Assembly: GCA_964400745.1 (NCBI GenBank)
Contig: CAYNVY010000002.1
Coordinates: forward strand, 5,195-69,194
Direction of reading: 5' to 3'
Length of the DNA stretch: 64,000 nt
DNA from: an uncultured Enterobacteriaceae bacterium
Lineage (GTDB): Bacteria; Pseudomonadota; Gammaproteobacteria; Burkholderiales; SG8-39
In this document: positions 47,305 through 57,463 of the stretch, piece by piece
Numbering within the stretch: position 1 is the first letter of the stretch
Layout: every line of letters starts with the position of its first letter
Translations under genes and position numbers: made by a program
The notes under the pieces: model-generated
Database searches by the model: none
What the model saw: the letters and a program-made list of their open reading frames with translations, nothing else
What the model was told of the DNA's origin: nothing

Positions 47305-48210
47305 TCATTTTTTCCATCGGGCGGGATTGACATACACCTCGTCGTCGACTGCAAACTGCCGCAGACGCTCCATGGCGCCAGGCGGCAAGGGCGAATCCGC
47401 GGTGGCGAGGATTTCCTCCCACTGGCGCACCTGTTCGCAACCTACGATGATCCTATCGGCGTCGGCGCAATGCAGACTGAACCCGAGCGCAGCCTGCAGA
47501 GGCGGTACGCCCAATTCCTGGTATGCAGTCCAAAGGCGCGCATGGTGGGCGCGCAATGCGCGGAAATGCTCAGGGAGGCGCTCCGGAGGCATGAGCAGCA
47601 CCCCCTGCAGGAATGCGCTGCGCAAATGCACTTCGACCCCCCGCGACTTGGCGACGCAGGACAGCCCGCTTGTGACGTAGCGCTGGTCGTATATGTTGTA
47701 GGGAACCTGGACCAGATCGAGTTGATACCGAGCCAGCAATTCGGCAAACTCTGCCGGCCGGTAGAGGGAACACCCGATCTTCTCAACCATGCCTTCCGCG
47801 CGCAACTCCTGGAGGCGCTTCCACAACGCGTTGCCGGCAGGCCCCAGCAGATCATCCGCATGATGCACCAGAAGGCCATATACCGCCGTACCGCCAAGCG
47901 TCGACAGCGAAGCGCGAAACGCCTCTTCCACCAGGTCCGCGGACTCGGCGGGGGTTTTGTCCGTGCCCTTGAGCGGTCGGGTCTTAGTCACCACCTTGAA
48001 CCCGGCGGCAACGGCGCGGTGCTCGCCGAGCGCGCGTTCCGCGTCACCGTACGCCCATGCGGTATCCAGCGTTGTCACGCCGGATTCCCGCGCCCTTTTC
48101 AGTATGGCTGACACGTCCGCCGCCGGCGCGACGCCGCTTTGATTTGCGATCCCGTAGCTCATGCCCCACTGGACCGTGCCCAGCCCCAGGCGCTGCGCGG
48201 CGCTCAGCAC
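47305..48210 (-). CDS. Aldo/keto reductase
   Basis: LGLGTVQWG, DTAWAYG, VVTK, LLVH, RSAFLQG. Confidence 0.9.
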   Translation of the reverse strand: MLSAAQRLGLGTVQWGMSYGIANQSGVAPAADVSAILKRARESGVTTLDTAWAYGDAERALGEHRAVAAGFKVVTKTRPLKGTDKTPAESADLVEEAFRASLSTLGGTAVYGLLVHHADDLLGPAGNALWKRLQELRAEGMVEKIGCSLYRPAEFAELLARYQLDLVQVPYNIYDQRYVTSGLSCVAKSRGVEVHLRSAFLQGVLLMPPERLPEHFRALRAHHARLWTAYQELGVPPLQAALGFSLHCADADRIIVGCEQVRQWEEILATADSPLPPGAMERLRQFAVDDEVYVNPARWKK

Positions 48211-49352
48211 CCGAGAGCCCGCGAAAGCACGGACACCACGTAGTCCTGGTCGTCGCCGGACAGCCGCGGGTGCAAGGGAAGGGTGATGGCTTGGTTACCG
48301 TGGCGCTCCGCTTCTGGAAAACTCCCCTCCACGCGGCCGGGGAGACGGTAATAGGGCTGCAGATGAACCGGCGTGTAATGCACGTTGACCAGGATGTCTT
48401 CGGCGCGCATCGCTTCGAACACGGCCCGCCGGTTCTCCTCGACGTGGACGACATACAGATGCCAAGCCGAGACATTGCCATTGGCCAATTGCGGCCTCCT
48501 TATCGGCAATGCTGCCAGAAGCGCGTCATAGCGCCGCGCCAGTTCCTGACGGCGCGCCAAGTAGCCGTCGAGACGCTGCAACTGGCTCAGGCCCAGGGCG
48601 GCGTGGATGTCCGACAATCGATAGTTGAATCCAAGCATTTGCTGCTCGTAGTACCACTGCGGCGCCGAAACGCCCTGATGGAGCAGCTTCGGGTCGCGGG
48701 TGATGCCATGAGCCCGCAGCATCAGCATGCGCTGGGCCAGCATGGCATCGTTGGTCAGGGCCATGCCGCCCTCGGCCGTGGTGATGATCTTTACCGGATG
48801 AAAGCTGAAAACGGTGATGTCCGACCAGCGGCAGCTGCCGACGGGCTCGCCATTTCTTGACGCGCCGATGGCGTGCGAGGCGTCTTCCAGGACCTTGAAG
48901 CCGAATTCCCGGGCAAGATCCCATATCGCTTCCTGGTCGGTGGGCTGGCCGGCAAAATGCACCGGCACCAGGACCTTGGGCAGGCTGTGTTCCCGTCGGG
49001 CGCGAACCAGTTTTTCCTTCAGGCAAGGCACGCTCAAATTCATGCTTGCCGGATCGATATCGACAAAGTCCACATCCGCGCCGCAATAGCGGCCGCAATT
49101 GGCCGACGCCACGAACGTATTGGGTACGGTCCAAAGGCGGTCGCCGGGCCCCAAGTCCAGCGCCAGGCAGGCGATGTGCAGCGCCGAGGTTGCGCTGTTG
49201 ACCGCCACCGCATGATGCGCGCCCACACGCGCGCGCACGGCCTGTTCGAATTCACCAATCGTGGGCCCTTGCGTAAGATTTTCCGAACACAGCACCTTTA
49301 CCACTGCGTCGATATCGCTCTGGGTGATGTCCTGCCGGCCGTAAGGGATCAT
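48204..49352 (-). CDS. pseC: UDP-4-amino-4,6-dideoxy-N-acetyl-beta-L-altrosamine transaminase
   Basis: MIPYGRQ, LTQGP, NSATSALH, EDASHAIG, FSFHPVKIITTAEGG, WYYEQQMLGFNYR. Confidence 0.95.
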   Translation of the reverse strand: MIPYGRQDITQSDIDAVVKVLCSENLTQGPTIGEFEQAVRARVGAHHAVAVNSATSALHIACLALDLGPGDRLWTVPNTFVASANCGRYCGADVDFVDIDPASMNLSVPCLKEKLVRARREHSLPKVLVPVHFAGQPTDQEAIWDLAREFGFKVLEDASHAIGASRNGEPVGSCRWSDITVFSFHPVKIITTAEGGMALTNDAMLAQRMLMLRAHGITRDPKLLHQGVSAPQWYYEQQMLGFNYRLSDIHAALGLSQLQRLDGYLARRQELARRYDALLAALPIRRPQLANGNVSAWHLYVVHVEENRRAVFEAMRAEDILVNVHYTPVHLQPYYRLPGRVEGSFPEAERHGNQAITLPLHPRLSGDDQDYVVSVLSRALGC

Positions 49353-49476
49353 CGAATACCTTCTGGGTGTTTTGGAGCGGCGGTTTGCAAACATGTCAGG
49401 CGGTCGGATCGACTGCGCGTGCGAAATTCAACGCCGTGGACGGCAGTGCAACGCGCCATCCAGGCAAGAAGCGGTT

Positions 49477-50670
49477 TCACGCCCGTCCGGCCGCCGCCCC
49501 GGCGATCAATTGCTCGAGGAAGACGTGGGTGGGGTTCTCGTCGTCGTTGTTGATGACATAGGGCACCATCTCCCTGGTCTTGGCTGCGTAAGACTCGTCG
49601 CTGAGTGCGAGTATTTTCATTACGCGCCCGGCAAAGGCTTCGTAACTGTCTTCCTTAAGACTCCAGATTCCGTCGACGCAGAAATCCCACAGCGGATTGC
49701 CGGAGAAATTGCAGAACAGCGCCCTGTCGCCCCGGCTCAGACCTTCGCGCAATGCCGTGGACACCATGGCAAGCGAGAGACGGCTTCTCGAAATCAGTCC
49801 GTAGGTCGTGAACTGCTCGCGAACCCGAGGGGTAATGCGCACGTCATTCCCGATGTACTTTTCGTACCAAATCAACTCCGCATCAAGGGAGTGAATGTCG
49901 GCCCGATTCTCCTGCGGGGTAGCGTCCCGTTTGCCCGCGATGACCAGCCTCAAGCCCCGTTCTCGGGCTAGACGCACCGCGTATTGCGCAATCCGGCCGA
50001 CCGCATCCTCGAATCCGGGATATCTCAGATCCCAACCCGGCGAAGCCTCCGCTACCACGCACAGGTCATAGTCGAAGCGTTCGCTTTTGAACGCCTGCGC
50101 CGCCGCCCGAAAGCGGCGAAAGTAGGCTTCTCTCAATGAGCCAACGGGATAGAAGCGCTCCACATGCGCTCCCCTGCCCAGGTAAAGTTCCTTTTCGTAT
50201 TTGCCAAAACACGCGTACTCCGGAATGAAGATGCGCCTGGCGGCAGCCTCCGTCAGTTCGAGCACATCGTAGCGTGCGGCGTTCTGGATCGCCAGATAGC
50301 GCCTGCGGCGATGATCCGCGCGGGCCATATCGTGGAACAGTTCGGAGTTGTCGATATAGGTGATCACGATGCGCGGCGCGAACTGTCGGACCAGAGCCAC
50401 AAAATAAGCCGTCCGAAATGGCGTGCCCCGCAAGAGCAACAGGAACCACTGAAGAATGACGCTCCAGGAAAGGCGCAGCCTGGTCATGGTCACTTCCAGC
50501 GGCGCCACTCTGGCACTACCGCAAAGAGGCAGAATATAGTCGATATTGGCCAATTCGAAGATGACGACATCAACCGGCTTCATGGCGCCCCATTGAACCT
50601 CGAGAGCGCGTGCCCATAGTGAGATCCGCTCCAGGCGGCGCAACAGTTTCCCCCGCATCGCCGCGTTCAC
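49477..50670 (-). CDS. Surface-carbohydrate biosynthesis protein, candidate GT-B ulosonate transferase
   Basis: ITYIDNS, AIQNAAR, ACFG, PVGSLR, STALREG. GTGA overlap; position within the NeuB block. Function inferred. Confidence 0.5.
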   Translation of the reverse strand: MNAAMRGKLLRRLERISLWARALEVQWGAMKPVDVVIFELANIDYILPLCGSARVAPLEVTMTRLRLSWSVILQWFLLLLRGTPFRTAYFVALVRQFAPRIVITYIDNSELFHDMARADHRRRRYLAIQNAARYDVLELTEAAARRIFIPEYACFGKYEKELYLGRGAHVERFYPVGSLREAYFRRFRAAAQAFKSERFDYDLCVVAEASPGWDLRYPGFEDAVGRIAQYAVRLARERGLRLVIAGKRDATPQENRADIHSLDAELIWYEKYIGNDVRITPRVREQFTTYGLISRSRLSLAMVSTALREGLSRGDRALFCNFSGNPLWDFCVDGIWSLKEDSYEAFAGRVMKILALSDESYAAKTREMVPYVINNDDENPTHVFLEQLIAGAAAGRA

Positions 50671-51500
50671 CAAACCGAGCGTCCGCCATCCATCACGACG
50701 TTCTGTCCGTTCATGTAGGATGACGCGCCGGAGCAAAGGAATTGGATCGCCGCCCGGTATTCGTCCCGCGTCGCCATCCGGCCAAGCGGAATCAATGCGC
50801 TGAGGCGTTGGACAAACGCCTCCCCCTGGCCATTGAATACACCGCCCGGTGACAGCGCATTGGCACGCACGTTCTTGTCAGCCCAATATGTGGCGAGGTA
50901 GCGTGTCAACCCTACCAAGCCCGCTTTGATTACTGAGTACGTTACGGGTTTTACTGGCTGCAGTTCGTCCGGAAGTCCGTCTTTTCTATACAGCCGCTGA
51001 TCCGGCGAAAAGACCGAAAGGTCCGAGGCGATATTCAGGATCACCCCACCTTTTCCATCCCTCGCCATAGCCGCGCCAAAAACCTGGCTGCACAAGAATG
51101 CCCCGGTCAGCCCGACTGCAATCTGCAAATCCCATTGTTCCAGGGGGAAGTTTTCGAGCCGGGAGGTTTCCAGGACGCCTTCATCACCCTTGACTTTCGG
51201 GTCGATTGCGGCGTTGTTGACCAAAACGTCGATACGAGTACCGACGAACCATAACGATTCGGCAACGGTGCGTATCGCGGCGAGCCGGGTCACGTCCATA
51301 ACCCGGGTGACTATCTTTTCCCGAGCGAAGTCTGACGCCAGCGCATTCCGGGCTGTTTCCAGCGCGGGCTCGGAAAGATCTGTCAGAACCACGGTCGCGC
51401 CGCTTTCCAGCAGAGCGGCAGCGTGCTCCAACCCGAGCAAACCTGCGGCTCCTGTAATGAGCGCGGTCTTTCCGCTTAGATCGAATTTCTTGGATGCCAT
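50667..51500 (-). CDS. SDR-family oxidoreductase (PtmA-like)
   Basis: TGAAGLLG, NNAAIDP, YSVIK, NALSPGG. Confidence 0.9.
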   Translation of the reverse strand: MASKKFDLSGKTALITGAAGLLGLEHAAALLESGATVVLTDLSEPALETARNALASDFAREKIVTRVMDVTRLAAIRTVAESLWFVGTRIDVLVNNAAIDPKVKGDEGVLETSRLENFPLEQWDLQIAVGLTGAFLCSQVFGAAMARDGKGGVILNIASDLSVFSPDQRLYRKDGLPDELQPVKPVTYSVIKAGLVGLTRYLATYWADKNVRANALSPGGVFNGQGEAFVQRLSALIPLGRMATRDEYRAAIQFLCSGASSYMNGQNVVMDGGRSVW

Positions 51501-51530
51501 TGCGTATTGCCTCGATTTGACGGGCTTGTC

Positions 51531-52286
51531 TCAGGACCGGACCTGGCCGCCGTCAAGCGTCCAGATGCCGCCGGTTGCGAAGCCGGCGCGGGAGGATGCC
51601 AAATAGACCGCCAGACTGGCTACTTCGTCCGGCGTTCCCAATCTCGACAAGGAAACGTCGCGCTCCAACATTTCGTGAACCATTTTTTCATTCTCGTACA
51701 GCTTTCGCGACCAGACGGAGCCGTCAAACAAGATGTTTCCGGGCGCGATTGCGTTGATTCGCACGCCGAGCCTGCCGAGGGGGCGGGCAATGCCACGCAC
51801 GTATGCGTTAAGGGCAGCCTTGGCACTCGAATATGTCACTGGGGCGCCCGGAATGACTTCAAGCCCGCAAATGGACGACACGCAGACTATTGCGCCCTTG
51901 CTCGCCGCAAGCGCCTCACGTGCCGCTTCAACCGTGTTTGTGGTGCTCCAAAGGTTCAGGGCGAACACCCGCTGCCACTCCTCCGGCGATTCCTCACCGG
52001 GAGGCACCGACCGACCGCTGCCTACGTTGCAGACGAGAATATCCAGCCGTCCCAATGACTTGATCGCCTCCGCGACGATTCGTCGCGCCTCCTCCGGGCG
52101 CGTGACATCCCCCGCCACGGACAGGGCACCGGGGAGGGCCGCTGCCGCCGCGGCAACGGCATCTGCGGTTCGGCCATTGAGTGCCACCTTGCATCCCTCG
52201 GCATGCAATGCTTTCGCGATGGCATGCCCGATTCCTTTGGAGGAACCCGTGACAAGCGCAGTTTTACCGGAGAGTCCAAGCAACAT
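51531..52286 (-). CDS. SDR-family oxidoreductase
   Basis: TGSSKGIG, YSSAK, NAIAPG, DGG. Confidence 0.9.
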   Translation of the reverse strand: MLLGLSGKTALVTGSSKGIGHAIAKALHAEGCKVALNGRTADAVAAAAAALPGALSVAGDVTRPEEARRIVAEAIKSLGRLDILVCNVGSGRSVPPGEESPEEWQRVFALNLWSTTNTVEAAREALAASKGAIVCVSSICGLEVIPGAPVTYSSAKAALNAYVRGIARPLGRLGVRINAIAPGNILFDGSVWSRKLYENEKMVHEMLERDVSLSRLGTPDEVASLAVYLASSRAGFATGGIWTLDGGQVRS

Positions 52287-52381
52287 GTTCGATGTCGGTA
52301 CTTTTTCGATCAATGACTCGGGTCAAACACAGGTGCTGGCATGCCAGCGTGATGCACGCTGCTGATTGCTCATCCCCGCCC

Positions 52382-53221
52382 CTACAGTCCGAATTGTCTG
52401 ATCCAACCGATCACCATATCGCGATAGGAGCACAGGGTTTCGGCGTGATTCGAATCGGTCGCTCGAGCCGTCTGCAGGATATAGTTTCCTCGATACCCAA
52501 TCTGCGCGAGTTCCGCAAACACCGCTTGAAAATCCGCGCTGCCGGTCCCGAGCGGTACCGTAGTACCACCGAGTACTCGATCTTTGACGTGGACATTGAC
52601 GATCCGTCGGCCATAAGCGGCAAACTCGTCCCGAGGGAGAAAGCCGAGGGCGGCGCTGTTGCCGATGTCATAGTTGATGCCGAACAGGGCTGGATCGAGA
52701 CGGTCAATGAAACGAGCGAGATCTTCCGGAGCAAAATCCGATTCGAATATCACACGAAGACCTTTGGCCGAGAAAAGCGGCGATTGCGCCTGCAAAAAAT
52801 CGATCAACGCCTCTTCCTGCTCACCGGTATCCAGCCGGCCGTTGTCGACCAGTGGCACCACAATCATGTCGATGCCCACAACTGCGCACGCGTCGGCGAT
52901 CGCCACGAAGTCCTTCTTCAGCGCCTTCCCTTGCTCCGCCTCTGCCTTCCAAAACGGTGCCTGCATGAAGCAATCGCCAGTGAGCGAAGGGATACCAATT
53001 CCGTGGCGGAGGCCGAGATTGCGGATTTCCCCCTGACCCGCGGGGGTCAGCAATGGGTTCTCGAAGAGGCGATCCTGATCCAGCGTCCATTCCATCAAAC
53101 GGAGGCCGCATTTCTCGGCAACCGGAAATTCGCCTGCCCATGACTCCCATGGAAACGCCTGGATGCGGCCATCGACCAACGGCGATAGCCGGCCTTGCAT
53201 GAAGCCAATGCGATTATTCAC
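52382..53221 (-). CDS. Sugar-phosphate isomerase/epimerase (xylose-isomerase-like TIM barrel)
   Basis: IGFMQGRLSP, IFESD, NYDIGN, VHVKDR, VPLGTG. GTGA overlap start. Confidence 0.85.
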   Translation of the reverse strand: MNNRIGFMQGRLSPLVDGRIQAFPWESWAGEFPVAEKCGLRLMEWTLDQDRLFENPLLTPAGQGEIRNLGLRHGIGIPSLTGDCFMQAPFWKAEAEQGKALKKDFVAIADACAVVGIDMIVVPLVDNGRLDTGEQEEALIDFLQAQSPLFSAKGLRVIFESDFAPEDLARFIDRLDPALFGINYDIGNSAALGFLPRDEFAAYGRRIVNVHVKDRVLGGTTVPLGTGSADFQAVFAELAQIGYRGNYILQTARATDSNHAETLCSYRDMVIGWIRQFGL

Positions 53222-54207
53222 TTTGGCTTGAAACGGTACGGTGTCGGCGCGCTGCCTTTTACCGACGAATCCCGCGCTGCATCCCATGCCTGAATCTGCC
53301 GGACAATATCGACACCGGTGTTGTCGCTCCAACGGCGCAGCAACTTGCCGAATATCTCGCCTGTTTTCCCCGAGCCAATCGCGCTGCCATTAAGCGACGT
53401 CACCGGCAACATGCTAAACGGCGTTCCTGTCATGAAAGCTTCGTCGGCGGTATAGACATCATAGGCGTTGAAGTTCTTCTCGACGACGGGAATGCCCAAC
53501 TGCGGACAAAGCTCCTGCATCACGTAGTCGCGTGAAACACCTCTGAGGATATTTCGGCCTTCCGGCGAAATGACGGCGCCGTTCTTGACGATGAAAAAAT
53601 TATCGCCCGTGCCTTCGGCAATGAAGCCGTCGGGATCGAGCAGGAGCGCCCAGTTGTTGTCCCCTTCGATCTGCGATGCCTCTATATTCGCCATCAAGTA
53701 ATGTATCCGGCTGCGATTCTTCACCTTCGGATCAAGCAGATCGGCCGGAATGGCGCGCTGCGAAGTGATGACGGCGTTGATTCCTGTTGCAAACAATTGC
53801 GCCATGCCGACAACCGTCCAGCGCAGCGGAAAGTCGGCGATGATGACATTCGGCCCCTTGTGCAGGCCTTCGATTCCCTGATAGATTCCGAGCAACCCTC
53901 GGGAGACATCGATCATCAGCCTGTGCTCATCGTCCGCCGCAAACAGATGGTCGTTCGCGTCGATGGTTTGATAGCAGGCCTGTTCCATTGCTTCGGGCGT
54001 CATCTGGAGGGGAATTCTGAGAATCTTGATTCCGGCGTACAGGCGTTCGATATGTTCCCGCAATTTGAATTGCTTCTTGTTGAACGACCGCGTCATCTCG
54101 AACACCATGTCGCCGAACATCAAGGCAGAGTCATAAATGGAGATCTTCGCCTCGCTTTCGGGGACAAGCTTTCCATTGAAATAGACGACGCGTGTGGCAT
54201 TACTCAT
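53218..54207 (-). CDS. Class IV (branched-chain-type) aminotransferase
   Basis: FGDMVFE, HIERL, AEGTGDNFF, ILRGVSR, ADEAFMTGT. Confidence 0.9.
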   Translation of the reverse strand: MSNATRVVYFNGKLVPESEAKISIYDSALMFGDMVFEMTRSFNKKQFKLREHIERLYAGIKILRIPLQMTPEAMEQACYQTIDANDHLFAADDEHRLMIDVSRGLLGIYQGIEGLHKGPNVIIADFPLRWTVVGMAQLFATGINAVITSQRAIPADLLDPKVKNRSRIHYLMANIEASQIEGDNNWALLLDPDGFIAEGTGDNFFIVKNGAVISPEGRNILRGVSRDYVMQELCPQLGIPVVEKNFNAYDVYTADEAFMTGTPFSMLPVTSLNGSAIGSGKTGEIFGKLLRRWSDNTGVDIVRQIQAWDAARDSSVKGSAPTPYRFKPK

Positions 54208-54219
54208 CGGGAGGCACCC

Positions 54220-54981
54220 TCATGGTTGAGATTGGCTGGCAAGCTTTTCGGGGCAATATACCGTGTCATACCAGCGGATGATGTCGGTAATGTGGAATTG
54301 GGAGTTTCGCGGGTAGAGATATTCATAGAGCCGTCGCATGAATTCGTACTGCTCCTGAGTATTGACGTCCAGCACCAGGTCCGGGCGCCGGAACTCGGCA
54401 GGGCATTTGATCGTACTGATTGGACACCATTTCGCATCCACCGCCTGGCTGCGACTGTAGTCGTAGAAATTGAGATGGACGTGTTCGCGCTGGCGAGGGT
54501 CGCTATGCCTTTCCCTCGCCTCGGCCAACAGGGAGAAATCGAACATTTCGGCACCGATCCCGTCCGGATACTCGGAATCCCCTATCACCGACAGATTGGA
54601 GGAAAAACCTCTATGACCCAAGGACAGATGGTGATCGGCGATCCGGTCTATTTCAGACGCCTCGGGCGTCGCGTTGTCGGCGGGCAGCCGGCCGACAATA
54701 TCCGCCTTGGTCCAAACCGCCGCCTGGTAGTAGCGCTCGACAAGATCGCTTTCGGATCCCGCGAATACCTTGACGCCATAGCGCTGGCCAAGCTGCTTCA
54801 GCACGGCATCCTTTTCCGTATCGGGAATCGCCAGAACGATATCGTCCAATCGCGTGCAACGCTTGACGCGTTCGAGAATGCGGCCCACCAGCGGCGCGCC
54901 TGCCAAGTCCATCATCGACTTTCCCGGCAGTCGGGTCGAACCCATGCGGGCCTGAATGATCAGGACGACACGCTGTCTCAT
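54220..54981 (-). CDS. Second SpsF-like cytidylyltransferase
   Basis: IIQARMGSTRLPGK, GSESDLVERY, RLPADN, REHVH, LDVNT. Confidence 0.88.
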   Translation of the reverse strand: MRQRVVLIIQARMGSTRLPGKSMMDLAGAPLVGRILERVKRCTRLDDIVLAIPDTEKDAVLKQLGQRYGVKVFAGSESDLVERYYQAAVWTKADIVGRLPADNATPEASEIDRIADHHLSLGHRGFSSNLSVIGDSEYPDGIGAEMFDFSLLAEARERHSDPRQREHVHLNFYDYSRSQAVDAKWCPISTIKCPAEFRRPDLVLDVNTQEQYEFMRRLYEYLYPRNSQFHITDIIRWYDTVYCPEKLASQSQP

Positions 54982-55574
54982 GAATTGGTCTCCGCAAAAT
55001 AGGCCTTCTCAACCAGGCCGCAAACGATATGGCCGATCATGATGTGGCACTCCTGAATGCGGGCCGTCTGCGTCGATGGAACGCAAATGCAGTCGCCTAG
55101 CGACTTCAATCTTCCACCACCCTGGCCGCTCAATCCAATCGTGACGATTTCCCGCTGCTTCGCCGCAGCGACGGCAGCAAGAATATTGGGACTATTCCCG
55201 CTGGTAGAAATGGGGATGAACACGTCACCGGGTCTCGCGATCGCCGCCAGTTCACGGGCAAAGACCTGGTCGTAACCGTAGTCGTTGCCGATCGCGCTCA
55301 TCGCGGAATTGTTGGTGCCCAGCGCTATCGACGGCAGCGGCGCGCGGTCAAACAGGAAGCGCGAAATGAACTCGGCGGCAAGGTGCTGGGCATCGGCAAA
55401 GCTGCCGCCATTCCCGGCGAAAATAAGTTTGCCGCCGGCCCGCAATGACGATAGGCATTGCTTCGCCAGATTTTCGATTTGCCCGACTATGTGCGCATCG
55501 TTCAGCATCGCCTGCTTGACGGCGATGGAAGCACTGACTTGGCGGACAATTTCAACGGACACCGGTTCGCTCAC
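54978..55574 (-). CDS. gmhA: Phosphoheptose isomerase (SIS domain)
   Basis: AGNGGSFADAQHLAAE, IGNDYG, STSGNSPN, TARIQECH. GTGA overlap start. Confidence 0.9.
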   Translation of the reverse strand: MSEPVSVEIVRQVSASIAVKQAMLNDAHIVGQIENLAKQCLSSLRAGGKLIFAGNGGSFADAQHLAAEFISRFLFDRAPLPSIALGTNNSAMSAIGNDYGYDQVFARELAAIARPGDVFIPISTSGNSPNILAAVAAAKQREIVTIGLSGQGGGRLKSLGDCICVPSTQTARIQECHIMIGHIVCGLVEKAYFAETNS

Positions 55575-57463
55575 AGCGTCCCCTCGAGCCGCTCCATTGC
55601 GACCCAGAAGCCTTCGCCGCCGTTCTTGTGTCCTTGCCAGATTTCCGGAATAAACGACGCATTCGGACAACCTTCCTTGAGGATTGCGCCCAACCGCACA
55701 AAATCGATATCCCCTTCGCCCACCTGAAGCCCTTCGCCGTTCAATCCCATGGCGTCGCCCAAATGAAGATGCGCCGTAAATGGAGCGACCCGGCTGCTGA
55801 AGTCGTAGAAGTCGATTCCCATATGATTGCAGGTCAGCCGGCTGTGGGAAACGTCGAAGCACATGCGCAGGCCAAGTGCGCCGCACCACTCGACTATCTC
55901 GTCGATCTTTACGAAGATATTCTGGTAGCGCTGGCCGCCGAAATGCCAGGGAAAGGGCGCCATGGTCTGGGGAATGAGTTCAACGCCTTCCATGTCGAGT
56001 TCGGCAAGGCTCTTGGCAAAGCGCTCGTAATAGCCGCGGATTTCGCGCGCCGGAAGCGGGGCATCCATGGTGAAACCGCCGATATTGGCGACGATGAGCG
56101 GTCTCGGGGTATTGGGGAAAAAGCGCTTCAGATTCCTGGTAATGTCTATCACACGTTGCGTTTCGCGCAGGGATTCAATCCTGTAGGCACTGTCGGGGGT
56201 GGCCAGGTCCATGAGCCGGCTGCCAGCAAACAGCTCCGGCGCGTGAACCACGAAACCGGCAGTGTGTGCGCCTTCCAGAAAATCGGCCGGATCAAGTTCC
56301 ATATCCGAATAGGAAAGATGGAATTCAAACACGTCGGGCCGTATCCGCGCGGCGTATTCCTTGAAATCATGGTAGCGAACCGGAACGCCCCAGGGCCGCG
56401 AAAAGCGGTAGGGCCGCGGCTCGATTCGCTTATCCGACAGATCGGAGGGATAGAAGAAATCCTCTTCCGCGAGGTCATGCTGCAATGTGCGCCCTAGCAG
56501 TTCTTCATAGCGCTGGGGAGACAAACCCTGACCGGGGCTGCGGACCTTGACATGCGCAGCGGCAAGAACGGTTCCCTTGGCAAGGTCGGTGGCCGCCACA
56601 AGGCTTTTCCCCAGGTTCTCCCGGTTGATCATTTCACCTTGGGACAATCGACGCTCTTTACCTTCACCCAGGGCATCTTCGATTTCCCGGATGCCTTCAA
56701 TCATGCGCCTGAATTCGGGGTGCGTAAGGCTCGCCGCATGGTCGGGGCCTTCCATTTCCCGGTCCAGCGTGAAATGGCGCTCTATGACACACGCCCCAAG
56801 CGCGACGGCCGCCAGGGATACATTGATGCCGCGTTCGTGCCCCGAGTAGCCAACCAGTGGATGAATCCCGCGCAATTGATGCATCCATTTTAGGTTGATA
56901 TCGTGAAGCGGCGCCGGGTAGGTGCTGTTGCAGTGAAGCAGCACAAAAAAAGCATTGCGCTTATTGAGGAAATTCACTGTGTATTGGACTTCTTCCGAAC
57001 GACTCATTCCCGTGGAGAGAATCAGGGGCTTCCCCGTGGCTGCGAGTTTGTCCAGAAGCGGAAGATTGGTAAGGTCGGCGGAAGCCACTTTATAGGCGGG
57101 TACGCCAAAGCCTTCGAGGGCGTCGACGCTACGGGCGTCCCAGGGGGTGCAGAGGTAGAGAATGCCCTTCTGCGCGCAATAGCCAGCGAGTCTGCGATGA
57201 TCTTCGACCGGGAGTTCGAAGCGGCGCAGCAGATCCAGGACGTACTCCGTTCCAAGATCTTCGCCGTCCTTGCGCAGGGTGCGCCGACGGTAGACCTCGT
57301 CGAGATGGCGCATCTGGAACTTGGCACAATCTGCGCCCACATCGGCGGCGAGGTCGATCATTTGAACCGCACGGTCGAAATCCCCATTGTGGTTGTTGCC
57401 GATTTCGGCGATGACATAGGTCCGGCCTGATCCTATTTCGTGATTTCCGATGGTGATGGTCAT
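55571..57463 (-). CDS. NeuB-family synthase + SAF + C-terminal xylose-isomerase-like TIM barrel
   Basis: IAEIGNNHNG, GYSGHE, IERHFTLD, GPDHAASL; SAF KVRSPGQG; tail VHAPE, CFDVSH, HLHLGD, PEIWQGH. Confidence 0.92.
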   Translation of the reverse strand: MTITIGNHEIGSGRTYVIAEIGNNHNGDFDRAVQMIDLAADVGADCAKFQMRHLDEVYRRRTLRKDGEDLGTEYVLDLLRRFELPVEDHRRLAGYCAQKGILYLCTPWDARSVDALEGFGVPAYKVASADLTNLPLLDKLAATGKPLILSTGMSRSEEVQYTVNFLNKRNAFFVLLHCNSTYPAPLHDINLKWMHQLRGIHPLVGYSGHERGINVSLAAVALGACVIERHFTLDREMEGPDHAASLTHPEFRRMIEGIREIEDALGEGKERRLSQGEMINRENLGKSLVAATDLAKGTVLAAAHVKVRSPGQGLSPQRYEELLGRTLQHDLAEEDFFYPSDLSDKRIEPRPYRFSRPWGVPVRYHDFKEYAARIRPDVFEFHLSYSDMELDPADFLEGAHTAGFVVHAPELFAGSRLMDLATPDSAYRIESLRETQRVIDITRNLKRFFPNTPRPLIVANIGGFTMDAPLPAREIRGYYERFAKSLAELDMEGVELIPQTMAPFPWHFGGQRYQNIFVKIDEIVEWCGALGLRMCFDVSHSRLTCNHMGIDFYDFSSRVAPFTAHLHLGDAMGLNGEGLQVGEGDIDFVRLGAILKEGCPNASFIPEIWQGHKNGGEGFWVAMERLEGTL

